The notes beneath the pieces are model-generated. The model ran no database searches. It was not told the DNA's origin and saw only the letters and a program-made list of their open reading frames with translations. From assembly GCA_002269645.1 (NCBI GenBank), contig NIVC01001903.1, positions 12,546 to 76,545 on the forward strand: a stretch of DNA of 64,000 bases, in the 5' to 3' direction. This document shows, one piece after another, positions 11,340 through 23,060 of this stretch. The DNA is from Macrostomum lignano. Taxonomy: Eukaryota. Position numbers and translations under genes: made by a program. How positions within the stretch are numbered: the first letter of the stretch is position 1; each line of letters opens with the position of its first letter.

Positions 11340-11560
11340 TAGACTCTCGCTCCACGTGACTGGTTCGATTCCGTACGCGGCCCGCATGCATATCGGGCCT
11401 GTGCACGAAAGTTGGCCCAAGGGGTTGTCCTGCGATTCTCGCCCACATGAGGGCCTAACCCCAAGGCGCAGAGAGTGTGCATCCCCTGACGATTAGAAAG
11501 TCAAAAAGGGGCCCTGTGTGAGCGTGTGCACGAGTGCGTGCCTGCTTACAGTATTGGCGC
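11340..11560 (+). mobile_element. tRNA-derived SINE-like repeat copy
   Basis: B-box GGTTCGATTCC (11362-11372); shares the core CCAAGGCGCAGAGAGTGT..GACGATTAGAAAGTCAAA with 22795-23060; a related copy lies near 11730-11830. Confidence 0.6.
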
Positions 11561-12575
11561 GCTTGTGTGTGCTTGGTTGAGTGGGCCGTAGCCCAGCGGT
11601 CTAGCGCAGGCTCTGGTGTGCCAGCGACCCAGGCTCGATTCCAAGTGCAGTCGCATTAATTTGAGGCTGAATTGGAATCTCGGCTTGGCTCTGCTCGTGC
11701 AATTAACGGCCTTGAGAGCCAACCCCCCAAGGCGCAGTGAAGTGTACATGCCTAACGATAATATAAAGTTAGGGCCGCTGTACACTCCTGTGTGAGTGTG
11801 TGCCTGCGTACGTATCCGCGCGCTTGTGTGCCTGCTCAGGGGAGTCGGCGGAATGGGCAGTAATGCCTCTCGCCGGTTGTGTGCCAATGTCGCTTAAAGT
11901 GCGCCAGGGTGCACACAACCCCCCTGCTTCTAATAAAAAAAAATTATGTGCTTAGGAGTCGGCGGAATGGGCAGAATTGCCTTAGAATTGCAGAAGAGCA
12001 GTTATAGGGAGAGCACTTAAGCTTTCCTCTCCTAGCTACCGTTAATTAACTAGCTAGGAAGAATTGGATCCAGCTAAGTTAATTACACATTTGATTTCTG
12101 CTCTCGCTGAAATACAGACTGTTTACTCTGCAACTGAAGCAGGTTTAGCACCCACCCATGGCAACTGGACGAACGGGCCGCATGGCTCGCTATTCAAATA
12201 TTTGCCCAAACGTTAATTGCATTAGCAAAACGCCGAGCCTATTTCCAGTGCCTGCATTTAGCGCTTGACTAGTGCGTATCCAATGGCAACGGTGACTAGT
12301 TACTTTGGTTTATTCAAGCCCTTCCGCAGTTGGCATTAGCCTGTGTATGAAAAAAAAGATCGCGCATCTTTCACTACAGATCTATCTAGTCACCTCACTG
12401 CCCAAGTAAGCCCGGGGATCAATGCCTGCTTCCTAAATTTCAGAGCCAAAAAATTCCCAGAAATCCAATTCAGAAAATAAAACAAAAACCACTGTAAACA
12501 GTATCAATGAATAGGGTAGTCAATAGAATGTCAATGCCTTTCATAAGCTTTCAAATCTCAGTTAGTCAAGTTTCA

Positions 12576-13868
12576 TTAAGAAAACTGAAGATACGGCCCC
12601 ATCAGAAAGACTACAATTATGACGGCGGTAGCAACCACTCCGAACAGCGACAAGAATCTCTCGATCGCGCGGGCGGCCACCACCCAGTCTGAACCGACCG
12701 ATTTCTGTTCCGCCGCAGGCGGTTTCTGAACTCCGTCGCCGTCGCCCTCAGCCTCAGCCGGATTCTGCTGGCCCACCTGTGACGCTGTGGCGCCGCTGAC
12801 GCAGAGAAGGCGGCCCAGGCATCGAACAAAGACCGTCCGAGCGCATTTCGGCATGCGGCTGCCCTCCGGTCTGAAGTGGAACAGCATGACCAGCGATGTC
12901 AGCAGCAGCGACACGGTAGACAGCATCATGGCGGCCGTGATGAACAGGGCGATGGCGGGCATCTTGTGCGACTTCGGCAGGATTCCGTCCAGAAGCAGCA
13001 AGAACACGGTGTAGCTGAGCATGATTGTGATGCCGAATCCCAGCTTCTCACCGGACTCCAGGGGCAGAAAGTACACCAGCACTTGAAGCAAAGTTAGGAG
13101 CAACAAAGGCGTGATGATGTTGATGAAATAGTACGTTGACACTCGCTTCAAGTGCAATCGCAGAACAAAGGTCGAAAGTTCGGTCTCGTTGTGTCCTTCG
13201 ATTATAAAATATTTTTTGGTTTCCAAATCTGCTGTAGCATTTTTCAATATCCACTCGTTGCTAGGCTTGTAGATTCCTGTCACCCGCATGGGCATTGCGC
13301 TGCGAACAGGCCGCACTGCATCAGGATTGGCGTCAGTTGCAAGGAAGAACAGCAGCTCGCAAGTGTGCTGGTCGTACGGAAAGTCGGACATGTTGAATTG
13401 GCAAAAAAATTCGAACTCCCGGCGCCAGGATGAAGTAACCGTCGTCACGCTTGAACTCTTAGACATCAGTGTAAGTCGGATTCGAGGAATCAGAATCTGT
13501 TCATCGCCGTTACCGTTGTATGTCATGATGATTGGGTACCAAATTTTTGCAGGGTCCCAGCTAGTAGAACTGACGCCACCAAAGTCGGCAGGATTCCACA
13601 CGAGTCGCTCCTCTTCCCAGCTGACTTGAACGTAGGCAGCGATTTTGATGTTCTGCTTGGCAGTGTCCACTGAGACTAAATGGCTGACCATGATGTCTAA
13701 CGACACGTTGACTTTGTTTGTCTTGTTTAGTATTGGCAAAATAAATTGGCTGTAGTTTGCAACTTTGTTGTTCAGGTGCTGCATTAGCAGGACATCGTAA
13801 TCAGTAGCTAGTGTCGAGGCTAAGACCGAAACCAGCAGGATGAACGAGAATAACATTTTTTGTCTCAT
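12576..13868 (-). CDS. Intronless non-alpha nAChR-like Cys-loop ligand-gated ion channel subunit 1 (about 430 aa)
   Basis: Signal peptide; Cys-loop CQFNMSDFPYDQHTC; four TM segments; M2 GEKLGFGITIMLSYTVFLLLL; no vicinal Cys in loop C. Start ATG chosen at 13868 (upstream ATGs exist). Confidence 0.92.
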   Translation of the reverse strand: MRQKMLFSFILLVSVLASTLATDYDVLLMQHLNNKVANYSQFILPILNKTNKVNVSLDIMVSHLVSVDTAKQNIKIAAYVQVSWEEERLVWNPADFGGVSSTSWDPAKIWYPIIMTYNGNGDEQILIPRIRLTLMSKSSSVTTVTSSWRREFEFFCQFNMSDFPYDQHTCELLFFLATDANPDAVRPVRSAMPMRVTGIYKPSNEWILKNATADLETKKYFIIEGHNETELSTFVLRLHLKRVSTYYFINIITPLLLLTLLQVLVYFLPLESGEKLGFGITIMLSYTVFLLLLDGILPKSHKMPAIALFITAAMMLSTVSLLLTSLVMLFHFRPEGSRMPKCARTVFVRCLGRLLCVSGATASQVGQQNPAEAEGDGDGVQKPPAAEQKSVGSDWVVAARAIERFLSLFGVVATAVIIVVFLMGPYLQFS

Positions 13869-14239
13869 TCTGCAGTGCATTGCTGATCGCATAGACAACT
13901 GGTATGTCTGCTAAAATAGTCCTAATGCCGTTTCAGCCCGACCAGTTACAGGTTAGGCTCAAAGATCGCCTGAGAATCCGTTCGCTGCTTTTATTTTATT
14001 GGACAGATAGAGACGGCTTTTATCGCTATTGACACAAGAACGTAATGCAGCGCCAGTGTCATTAAATTACTACCGAGATATTTGATGAGTCTCTGATAAA
14101 TTATTTAGTTTGATTAATAATATTCCTTTCTCAGCAAAGCTATGGAATATAGCTCGTGCAAGCTTAATGGATAAATCTGTGTTAGATGTTGAAGAAAAAA
14201 GAGCAGAAATGGTTTAGAAATAACAATTATACCGATCGT

Positions 14240-14640
14240 TACCGACCGGGCGGAATGCGTGGTGGTCGCCTAGGTCGGTGCACTTGGCCGATTTGCGGGC
14301 CTCGACCGAGGTGGCAGCTGCGCTGTGGGCGGACGGTAGAGGCATGCAGGTGACTTGGGAAGCAGGTGTGCGTGATATAGTCGCGTCCCAAGCAACGGCT
14401 GCCCGCGCTCGAAAGCTGCCACCGTGGCGTCATCGAAGCGGCAAGAGATGGACAGCTCAATGTCCGAGAGGCGCGTGACCTCGCGGCTGCTTGGCAGACA
14501 GGTAAAAAAGGCGGCAGACTCTGGGATTGAGGCAGAGTGCAGCCTGGCCATGTCCCTTGGCTCCGAGAGGCTGGCAGTCAGCGCCAGATGGTGGGCAAGG
14601 AAAGCTGCTCTTGCCAGGAGCGGGTGTGAAGAAATGGAGC
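14240..14640 (-). mobile_element. Decayed, internally deleted 3' fragment of a restriction-like-endonuclease non-LTR retrotransposon (CRE/R2-like)
   Basis: Across frames: ARLHSASIPESAAFFTCLPSS..RLSDIEL, D.ATVAAFERGQPL.WDAT..HT, AAATSVEARKSAK..L...F.PV, resembling recalled RLE-clade C-terminal motifs. Confidence 0.5.
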
Positions 14641-14935
14641 ACGTATTTCTGTTAAATAAATATCTAAAGAAGTAATGGAGCACATTAGACGATAAACATA
14701 AAGAACTGAGTCACTGTACTTTATCATACAGAACAAATGAATCCTGAGGCATAGCAGACATATAAATGAAGCTTAATATAAAGTATTAATATAACGGTTG
14801 ACATTATTTACATTCAAATATTTTATTAGGCTATATCCAATATTTTCCCTTAATATCGCTAGGTCTATTCGAGAGAGCTATTTATTTGTCCCTAGACAAC
14901 TACGGTAAAATAATTCAGGAATGGTATGTACTCGT

Positions 14936-15229
14936 CCCGGGAAAAAACATGCCAAACTTCCCAAGTCAGCAATCATGTACATGTGCTTGGTTGACATTTT
15001 TGACTTACCAAGTTTGGGAAGTATCATTATCATGAACTGTCTACATCCAAGTACTTGGAAAGTACTTAAGAAGTGACTTAAGAAAACATTGCATACTCGT
15101 ACTTATAAAGTACCTATCGAATATAAACTTGGAAAACTTGAAAAGTACTTAGGCGATACTTGCCACGAGGTTGCATTGTTGACTTACCAAGTACTTGGCA
15201 AGTTTGGTTTGTTTGTTTTTCTCGGGGTA
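14936..15229. mobile_element. Probable MITE with imperfect TIRs and CCAAGT/ACTTGG subterminal repeats
   Basis: CCCGGGAAAAAACATGCCAAACTTCCCAAGT versus the reverse complement of the right end CCCGAGAAAAACAAACAAACCAAACTTGCCAAGT. Confidence 0.4.
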
Positions 15230-15768
15230 TTCCCCACTGGATACGAGAAGTCAAAACAACAACAACAGCAAATGTCCGAGTCCTTAGATGGCAGCGTAAC
15301 AGGGTTGCAAGAAGCGTCACCAGAATGTAGCTTTTGTCTTATTTCTAAAATAGCGAACGTACTAATTCAAAGATTTAAATTGCTGTGATATGACTAGTTT
15401 ATTTTTAATTTTTTAACAGTTTAGCTACGTCTCGTTTTTTGGGTGAGGCGTTGCGACAACATTTATATCTAGCTAACGAAAATATAATGTTCAAGAGGGT
15501 TTATCTGGATAAAGCATAATTGCGTGCAGCTGAGATCATAAGCATTTCTTGGGTGGACAAGGAGTACAGCGAGAGTGCAAGTTGAAATCTAGTAAACTTT
15601 ATTTATCGACCGAATCTACTGAAAATGTTTCGAAAAAGATCAAAACAATATTTAAAAAATAGGCTCATTCTTGAGTTAGCAATGGGTTAAATTTCAAACA
15701 AGATTATTTAAGCAGACAGTCCTAAATCCATTGCGCAGTTTTAGATTCTTCTTACGCTCGTATACAGC

Positions 15769-17073
15769 TTAGTCTTGATTTTGAATCATGGGTTTCAAAA
15801 CAAACACTCCGATGATTGCAGCTGTGGCGAAAACTCCCAGACCCACCATCAGCCTCTCAATCGCGTAGGAAGCCACAATCCATTCCGACTTCACCACGGG
15901 AGCTGAGTCGTCCATCTTGCGCACACTGGACTCGCTTGCCGCTGCGTCAGCAGTCGGAGTCTCACCGACCTGCGCACTGGACGAGCCGTTCACGCAGAAC
16001 ACGCGTCCAAGGAATCGGACAAAGAAGCCTCGGGCGCATGCGGGCATCTTGGTGCCCTCCGGAGCGTAGTGAAATCGCATGATTAGCGAAGTTAACAGCA
16101 GTGACACCGTTGACAGGATCATGGCAGACGTGATGAACGATGCAATAGCTGGTGTTGACTGCGACTTCGGCAGGATGCCGTCCAGAAGCAGCAGAAACAC
16201 GGTATAACTGAGCATGATTGTGATGCCGAATCCCAGTTTCTCGCCGGATTCGAGTGGTACAAAGTACACCAGCACTTGAAGCAGAGTCAACAGCAACAGC
16301 GGAGTGATTACGCTTATCAAATAGTACGTTGAAACTCTTTTAAACTGCACCTTGATGATATAAGATGGGAGCATTTGCTTCGCAGCTACTCCGCGAATCA
16401 AATTGTAAGCCCTATATTCAGCTTTTGAGGATGCATTCACTAATGTCCACTCGCTGCTCTCTGTGTATAGCGCCTTTATATTGAATGGGTAATTGGTCTT
16501 CGCTATTGGAATAACCATCGAATTTCCGTGCCCCTGGTCGCTGAAGAAGAACTCCAACTCGCAGTCGTGCTGATCCCAAGGGAATTTTGACACGTCAAAT
16601 TGGCAGGCGAATTCGAACTCGCGACGCCACATTGCAGTAACTTGCGTACTGTTCACTGTTGTCGACAAAAGATCTACCGGCATCTGCGGCTCAAGGAGCT
16701 GCCCATCTCCGATTCCATTATAAACTATTATGACGGGAAACCAGATCTCTGACGCGTCCCGGTTAATCACTTTCACGCCGCCAAACTTCTTCGGATCCCA
16801 AACCAGTCGATCCTCCTCCCACACAGCCTGAATGATTGCTGATATTTTTATGCTCTGCTTTGCCGTGTCCACAGACACAATCTGACACAGAAGCGAGTCC
16901 ATTACGATTTGAATGACCTTGTCCTTGTTAATTCTTGGCAACAGATTCGGACTGAAATAGCTGATGTTGTTCTTTAAATACGTGTCAAGTTCACCCTCGA
17001 AGTCCTGCTGTCCCTGGACACCAGCCGCTGTCAGCAATAGTGTGACGAAAATAGCAAACAGAGTTGGTTTCAT
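15769..17073 (-). CDS. Intronless non-alpha nAChR-like Cys-loop channel subunit 2 (434 aa)
   Basis: Signal peptide; Cys-loop CQFDVSKFPWDQHDC; M2 identical in protein to subunit 1; short M3-M4 loop. Confidence 0.93.
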   Translation of the reverse strand: MKPTLFAIFVTLLLTAAGVQGQQDFEGELDTYLKNNISYFSPNLLPRINKDKVIQIVMDSLLCQIVSVDTAKQSIKISAIIQAVWEEDRLVWDPKKFGGVKVINRDASEIWFPVIIVYNGIGDGQLLEPQMPVDLLSTTVNSTQVTAMWRREFEFACQFDVSKFPWDQHDCELEFFFSDQGHGNSMVIPIAKTNYPFNIKALYTESSEWTLVNASSKAEYRAYNLIRGVAAKQMLPSYIIKVQFKRVSTYYLISVITPLLLLTLLQVLVYFVPLESGEKLGFGITIMLSYTVFLLLLDGILPKSQSTPAIASFITSAMILSTVSLLLTSLIMRFHYAPEGTKMPACARGFFVRFLGRVFCVNGSSSAQVGETPTADAAASESSVRKMDDSAPVVKSEWIVASYAIERLMVGLGVFATAAIIGVFVLKPMIQNQD

Positions 17074-17880
17074 GTTTGACTGTCAGCTAGTTCTGCTTTG
17101 GTATGCCTCGGTTCTCAAGAGAAATTCAGCCTACTTTTGTTATAAATATGGAGTCTGTCCAAACAAAGGGTTTGTATGAAATTGATTGGCTAGCTGTGTG
17201 GCTTCTCACGGGAGTCACGCACATACAGCATGCACATTTGAGTGGTGCTTCTAACACAATGCCTACCTGAGAGGTAACAACTATACAAAGTGATTGATTG
17301 ATTTGAATAGGGAAATCAAGCAAACGGTCGCGCACAATCATATACATGTAGACGAGCTGATTAATAATCAATTCAGATGAAAAAATGGAAGCCATGATTG
17401 ATGCCCAAACCTATTTCAGTGGCCGTTCTAGTGCCTTTCAATTAACCATCATTAATTGTTTCGCTGTCGCAGCAATGAGCAGGTAAGAATGATGAGGGTT
17501 TGTCGGACGGAAAGCCAAGCCCACTAACCGATCTCATCGCAGATTAACAACGGCCCTTTTCTTTATTGACTCAATTACGTTACTTGCTTTATCAAACATT
17601 CTAAACTACTCATTGTAGCAAAAAATTTTTTTTGCTAACTTGTCTTTTTGGTGACATTATCGTTATATTGAAGATTATTCAGACAGAAGAAGTACTGGTG
17701 TGCAGAAAATGTAGCAGATAGCAGTAGTGCCTTATTAGGCAAAAATATAAATAGATTTCTAATAAATTGTTTCTTTTAGAATAATGATGCGTGATGCGCA
17801 TTTTCTCGCGCTGGATCCTCAAAAACAGAGAAAGATGTGACCTTCAGTGCAACTGTTAGCTGCAAAAGTGCAAATCCAAG

Positions 17881-19184
17881 TCAGCATTTGTGCGGCGAAC
17901 CCCAGTAGGGCTTGATGATGAGGCCACCCAGCAGGGCGGCTGTGGCTGCAACACCCAGAGCTACCATCAGCCGCTCGACAGACTTTGTTGCCACCGTCCA
18001 ATCCGATTGAATCCGGCTGGCGTCTTCATCCACTTTTCTAACGTTGGTCCGGCTATTGTCGCTATTTTCCGTCCGAACCGTCGCGTCGCTACCTTTCACG
18101 CACAGCAGACGGCCTAGAAACCGGACGAGAACGACTCTAAGGCAGGTTGGCATTCCATCATCTCCAGGCGTGAGGTGAAGTCGCATTGTCAAAGAAGTCA
18201 GTAGGAGAGATCCTGTGGACAGAATCATCGCAGACGTGATGAAATATGCTACAAATGGCAGCTTTTGTGACTTTGGTAGAATGCCGTCCAGGAGCAGCAG
18301 GAACACAGTGTAGCTGAGCATGATTGTGATGCCGAATCCCAGCTTCTCACCGGACTCCAGTGGCACAAAGTACACCAGCACTTGAAGAACAGACAACAAA
18401 ATGAGCGGTGCAATGATGTTCACGAAGTAATAATTTGATACTCGACAGATCTGAAGCCTTAATTCGTACGTTGGAAGCAGCGCCTTTCTCGAACCTTGAA
18501 CCAGAGCGTACTCCTTGAACTCTGCAGACGTGGAGAAGTTCAGAAGTGTCCATTCGCTGCTATTTTGGTATAGAACTAGCGGGTTATACGGAAACAGTTT
18601 GTTGACCTCAGGTTGTACCACAGAATTGTTCCGTTCAGGATCGATGAAGCAGAATGATATAGAGCAGTCGTGCATGTCCACGGGAAACTGGCTTACGTCA
18701 AACTTGCACGTGAATTCGAACTCGCGACGCCATAGAGCCGTGACTTGGGTTAAGTTGGGTGATCGCGACGTTAGGAAAACTGGCGTTTTTGATTGCAGCA
18801 CCTGATCCTGTCCTACACCGTTGTACATCAAAATCAAAGGGCTCCAGATTTCATCAGCTTTCCAATTAATAACGGAACATTACCGAATTTGCTCGAATTC
18901 CAAACCAGCCGCTCCTCTTCCCATTTTCCTTGAAGCAATGCGCTTACACGTATCGTCTGCTTCGCCGTGTCGACCGCAGTAATGTGGGTTAGCAGAGTGT
19001 CCATCCTGACAGCAATTTTAGCTTTCGGCTCCACCTTGGGCAGGAGCAGGGGACTGTAATTGGTGATGTTGTTCTTCAAGTACTGTATCACGTTAGCCTG
19101 GTGGTCCACCCAACCATAGCTGTTGCAGAAGAAACAGACAGCAAGAACAGTAAGAACGGCTGAGAGATTTCGTAGCAGAGCCAT
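17881..19184 (-). CDS. Intronless non-alpha nAChR-like Cys-loop channel subunit 3 (about 434 aa), with an apparent 1-bp deletion at about 18876
   Basis: ORFs 18834-19205 and 17881-18837 join as KFGNVSVINWKADEIWSPLILMYNG if one T is added; Cys-loop CKFDVSQFPVDMHDC; same M2. Confidence 0.88.
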
Positions 19185-20668
19185 GGCGCTAAGCTTTCTC
19201 TGCACTGATCAAAACGGTTCAGAGCTCTGGACACGCTCATCAACAGTTATATCCTAAATGAAATTATATCTTCGCTTATTTCCAGTGTTTGCGATCGATA
19301 GACTGCATACACGGTGGCTAATAAAATGTTTGCCCATCAGCGGTCTCCATCAACTGCATCTGAGCCTTCCGACTCACAGTTAGAAAGCGCGATTGTCGTG
19401 TCAGTCTGTTTAAACTGCAATTTATTTGTCCGGCATTATCCTGAGCAAACAATTGGCCATTAGCGTTGCCAAGCTGACGATTATCAGGTTCGCGACTTGG
19501 TTAAGGCAAACAGACGAACATGCAGGCGAGAACTCAGAATAAATTGAATAAATTGATAACAGCTACGTGGGTAGAATTGCTTTACTACAGTTTCACGTGC
19601 ATGTAACACTTCATTGCATTTGAGTTAACTACAACTGCGAGTAAACATGTTCGAAATTTCATGTGAATATTTGTGTCACCACAAATTTGCGGTGGAATCA
19701 GAATTGAATTGTTTCCAGATTACGTTTGCACAACTGCTCTATTTCAAGCCCTGCAGGTGCGCAGCGAAGATGCGTTTTGCCTTTAACTCTTCCTTTTCCA
19801 TTACACCGCTCCCAAAAGGTTTAGCTGCCTTTCTCTGTACTAGTTAGACACTTCAGTAGCTGGCCTAAGTAGGTGAGAGCCGCTCCTGTTATGCCTGTCA
19901 ATTGGCTTCAATTGTCTTCGAGACATTTTTTACACAGTTACACAATTATTGTATCACAAAACACCCCCCTCTGGTAGCCTAGTATTCCCGCGGTAGCTTC
20001 TTCAATTCAAGAACTGATGCTGTTATATGCTTTGGTATAATGTAACTTGGGCTGCTCTGATGGCGAGCTAAGGAGCTTAAAACAATATATTTAATCGCCC
20101 TGCCTCTTAGCACGTAGACGGTGGAGGTCAGGGCCATAGACATGGATATACTTAGTAAGAGTCCATCCACATCAGATGCTTTAGTTGACTTTGAATCGAT
20201 GGATGGAATCGATTCTATTAGCATTTAAAAGAAGACAGTTTGTGACATCTTGCTGGGTAAAATAGAAAAAAAGCAATTCCTTCCATCCTTAAGATTTAGC
20301 CAGGTTCTTAACAAGATGCCGATTAGTATAAAACGTGACGCTTATTAGGGCCCTAACCAACGCGCAAAATCCTAAATTAAATTACAATTATTCTGAAGAC
20401 TGAAGACATCAATGCTGAAACTCCTTATTAGAATAATCATCACCTCCTGCAGCGCTGCAGGGGCAACAGTCTGGGCCGCAGATGATGAAGTGCAGATCAA
20501 TAAGAGCCGTGGGCAACAACTTTAGTTGGTCATACTTCTATTCATAGATAGATAAGATAGATAAGATTTATAGATAAGAAACTTAGCGCAAATCAATCTC
20601 TTCCTCTCGATCGTTTGCTCCGCTGATTGCGTAACAATGTCCTCAAAATTCTTTCCCTGCATCGGCAG

Positions 20669-20985
20669 GTGTCGCCCAGCTCGACCAGCTCAGCCGGTCG
20701 TTGATGGGCCTCGGCCGCTATTTCCCCGTCTCCTGGGTCGTCCTCGCAGCAGCGACACTGATCAGGGCCTGATGTCGCTCAGCTCAGGGTGCCCACCCGA
20801 ACGGCAACAAATGAGTCCGGATCTACTTTCCTTTGAACTTCACGGTCACTGGCTTCCTAGTGTTTGGCAACAGCACCAGGGCGGAGAACCCGGGCCGGGT
20901 GACTCATTTCTACGCTGGCCACTCGCCCAGGAAATCGCTGATGACCCCCTCGATCGTGTACTCGTCTGACACCTTCAACAACAGG
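20669..20985 (+). pseudogene. Possible degenerate exon with F5/8 type C (discoidin)-like motifs
   Basis: RA*CRSA..NK*VRIYFPLNFTVTGFLVFG..RVTHFY; AG acceptor and AGG|GTGAGC donor; two in-frame TGA codons. Weak remote similarity only. Confidence 0.25.
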
Positions 20986-21480
20986 GTGAGCCAGGCAGGT
21001 TTTTCAAACCCTAAAAGCCCAGCCTAAGTGTTTAGACATAACATTCACGTGTTTCGACTGGAGTTCTAATGGTTTAATGTATTAATCAGAAAACTTTCTG
21101 TGGTTGCCATGCAGTCTCAGTGCTTTGAATTTTGACCATTGTTGGTTTGTAAGTGTTTTGCGAATAGTGTTAGCTCGTCTCGTTGGTTCTAGAATGTCTT
21201 GGTGGTCAACCCGACTGGACTGATTTGATATGTACCATGCCTATCCACCCAAACTTGTGTGCCCAGTTTTGTAATTAACTTTTAATCCTTTGTCAATGTT
21301 ACAACTTCTCGAATCAAATATAAGAACAACTTCTTACTTCGTTTAATAAATTTTGTGAGCCCCTAACGATGTCCATTGTGGAAGAAATGCATCGGCATTG
21401 ATAAAACCGAATGCTCGCAGAGTTCATGTTGATTATTACTTTCATTTACTTACTTTTCGTCAAGCAAGCTAAATTACCTG

Positions 21481-22650
21481 TATTCTATTCTATTCTATTC
21501 TATTCTATTCTATTCTATTCTATTCTATTCTATTCTATTCTATTCTATTCTATTCTATTCTATTCTATTCTATTCTATTCTATTTGTAGAGAACTGTAAA
21601 TCATATCAGAACGCACTACTTAAAGTAATATTCTAACAAAATCAATTTAAACTCGCAATCTATTTTTAGAATGAGTCATGATGAGTCATATCTATTTTTA
21701 GAAATTCTATTTTTAGAATGAGTCACATGCAAACAGAAGTGACTCAGAGCCCTACGTAGGACCGACGTTTATTTGATCAAGAAACCGGTTCTCGGGAATT
21801 TTATTTGCTTAATTCCATATATGGTAATGATCAAACATTCATGACCTCCTAATCAAACATACGTGACCTAAGTAAATAACCGATTTTGAACCAGTTTTTC
21901 ACCAACATTTTACTATAAATATAAGCAAAAATCTGAGTCAAAAACTCAGACTCGGAGCGGTCTCAAGGAAGACTTTGGAATACGTTAACCGAAGAAGACT
22001 CATCTCTGAGAGAAGAAATCCGGATAGATTGGTAAGCGTTTACCCGATTTAGTTAATTGTTAATAGCGCTAATAAGTTGATTAATTGAGTTTACGAGAGC
22101 CACTTATTGTCGACACATTTGAGAAAGGCCTCCTTGTTTCCTAGGATACATTCCTAGAGGATTTATTGAATTGAATTGAGTTATCCGTTACGTTTCGGAC
22201 GTAACGAAGAAGACGCCCTTCAGGAGGACCTATTACAGAAAGTTATAGAGAATTCAATTGTTCATAAGGGCGCACGTGCACGTTCTATTGTTCATTCCGA
22301 GCTCGAGGACCGTCAAGAATTCTGATTCGCTCTCGTGTTGGTCGACCCACAGATAAAGTTAAGGACTCCAAGAAACAACAGTTGTTCACCGGAACCGGCC
22401 GCCGCCCAGCTCAGCCAAGCCAGACAGCGCTGCACACTACAAGAACCAGACGTCTACAAACCACTAGAGGATCCGCCGCAGTCCGACTTGTATATACCTA
22501 GGCACTTGTTCCCCAGTGTCTAGAAGTGAGAGTTTATTGAGTGACTGATCACCACTCAATATAAACTCTTCATATTCTATTCTATTCTATTCTATTCTGT
22601 TCTATTCTATTCTATTCTATTCTATTCTATTCTATTCTATTCTATTCTAT
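21481..22650. repeat. (TATTC)n microsatellite split by a solo LTR (21481-21584 and 22573-22650)
   Basis: Direct reading. Confidence 0.95.
21585..22572 (+). mobile_element. Solo LTR (988 bp)
   Basis: TGTAGAGA...ACTCTTCA ends; 4-bp TSD TATT; TATA-like CTATAAATATAAG near 21912; clustered CTATTTTTAG and TGAGTCA motifs. Confidence 0.85.
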
Positions 22651-22794
22651 TAGCCATCGCTTTGTTCCACCAAAGGCATCCCTTTCACATACAGTGCAAG
22701 TACTGCTTAAAATTCAGAATTACACAGAATACTGCATCCAAATTGCTAATTGAGCACTATGAGTAGCATGCTAAAATATAGTATTTATAAGTAT

Positions 22795-23060
22795 GGGGCA
22801 AAGCAGCTCAATGGCAAACGTGTCTGACTTTTGCGCCACGAACCCTGGTTCGATTCCGTGCCAGGCTGACATTCGTTTTGGGCTTGGGCACGAAAATTAG
22901 CCCACGGAGTTGTCGCGTGATTCGACCACTTCCCATGATGGCCAGAGCCAAGGCGCAGAGAGTGTACATGCCTTGGACGATTAGAAAGTCAAAGGGCCGC
23001 GCTGTACACTCTGTGTGAGCGTGTGTACGAGTGCTGTGCCTGCGTGCAGTATTGGCGCAG
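22795..23060 (+). mobile_element. tRNA-derived SINE-like repeat copy
   Basis: A-box-like AGCAGCTCAATGGC; B-box GGTTCGATTCC (22847-22857); core shared with 11340-11560; (GCA)n tail. Confidence 0.65.

Noticed and set aside
19979-20224. 81-aa minus-strand ORF upstream of the receptor array as a fifth paralog fragment
   Set aside because: No alignable Cys-loop or TM motif could be identified
22795-22870. tRNA gene
   Set aside because: A/B boxes are present but no cloverleaf, and it continues into a repeat body shared with 11340, so it is treated as a SINE head
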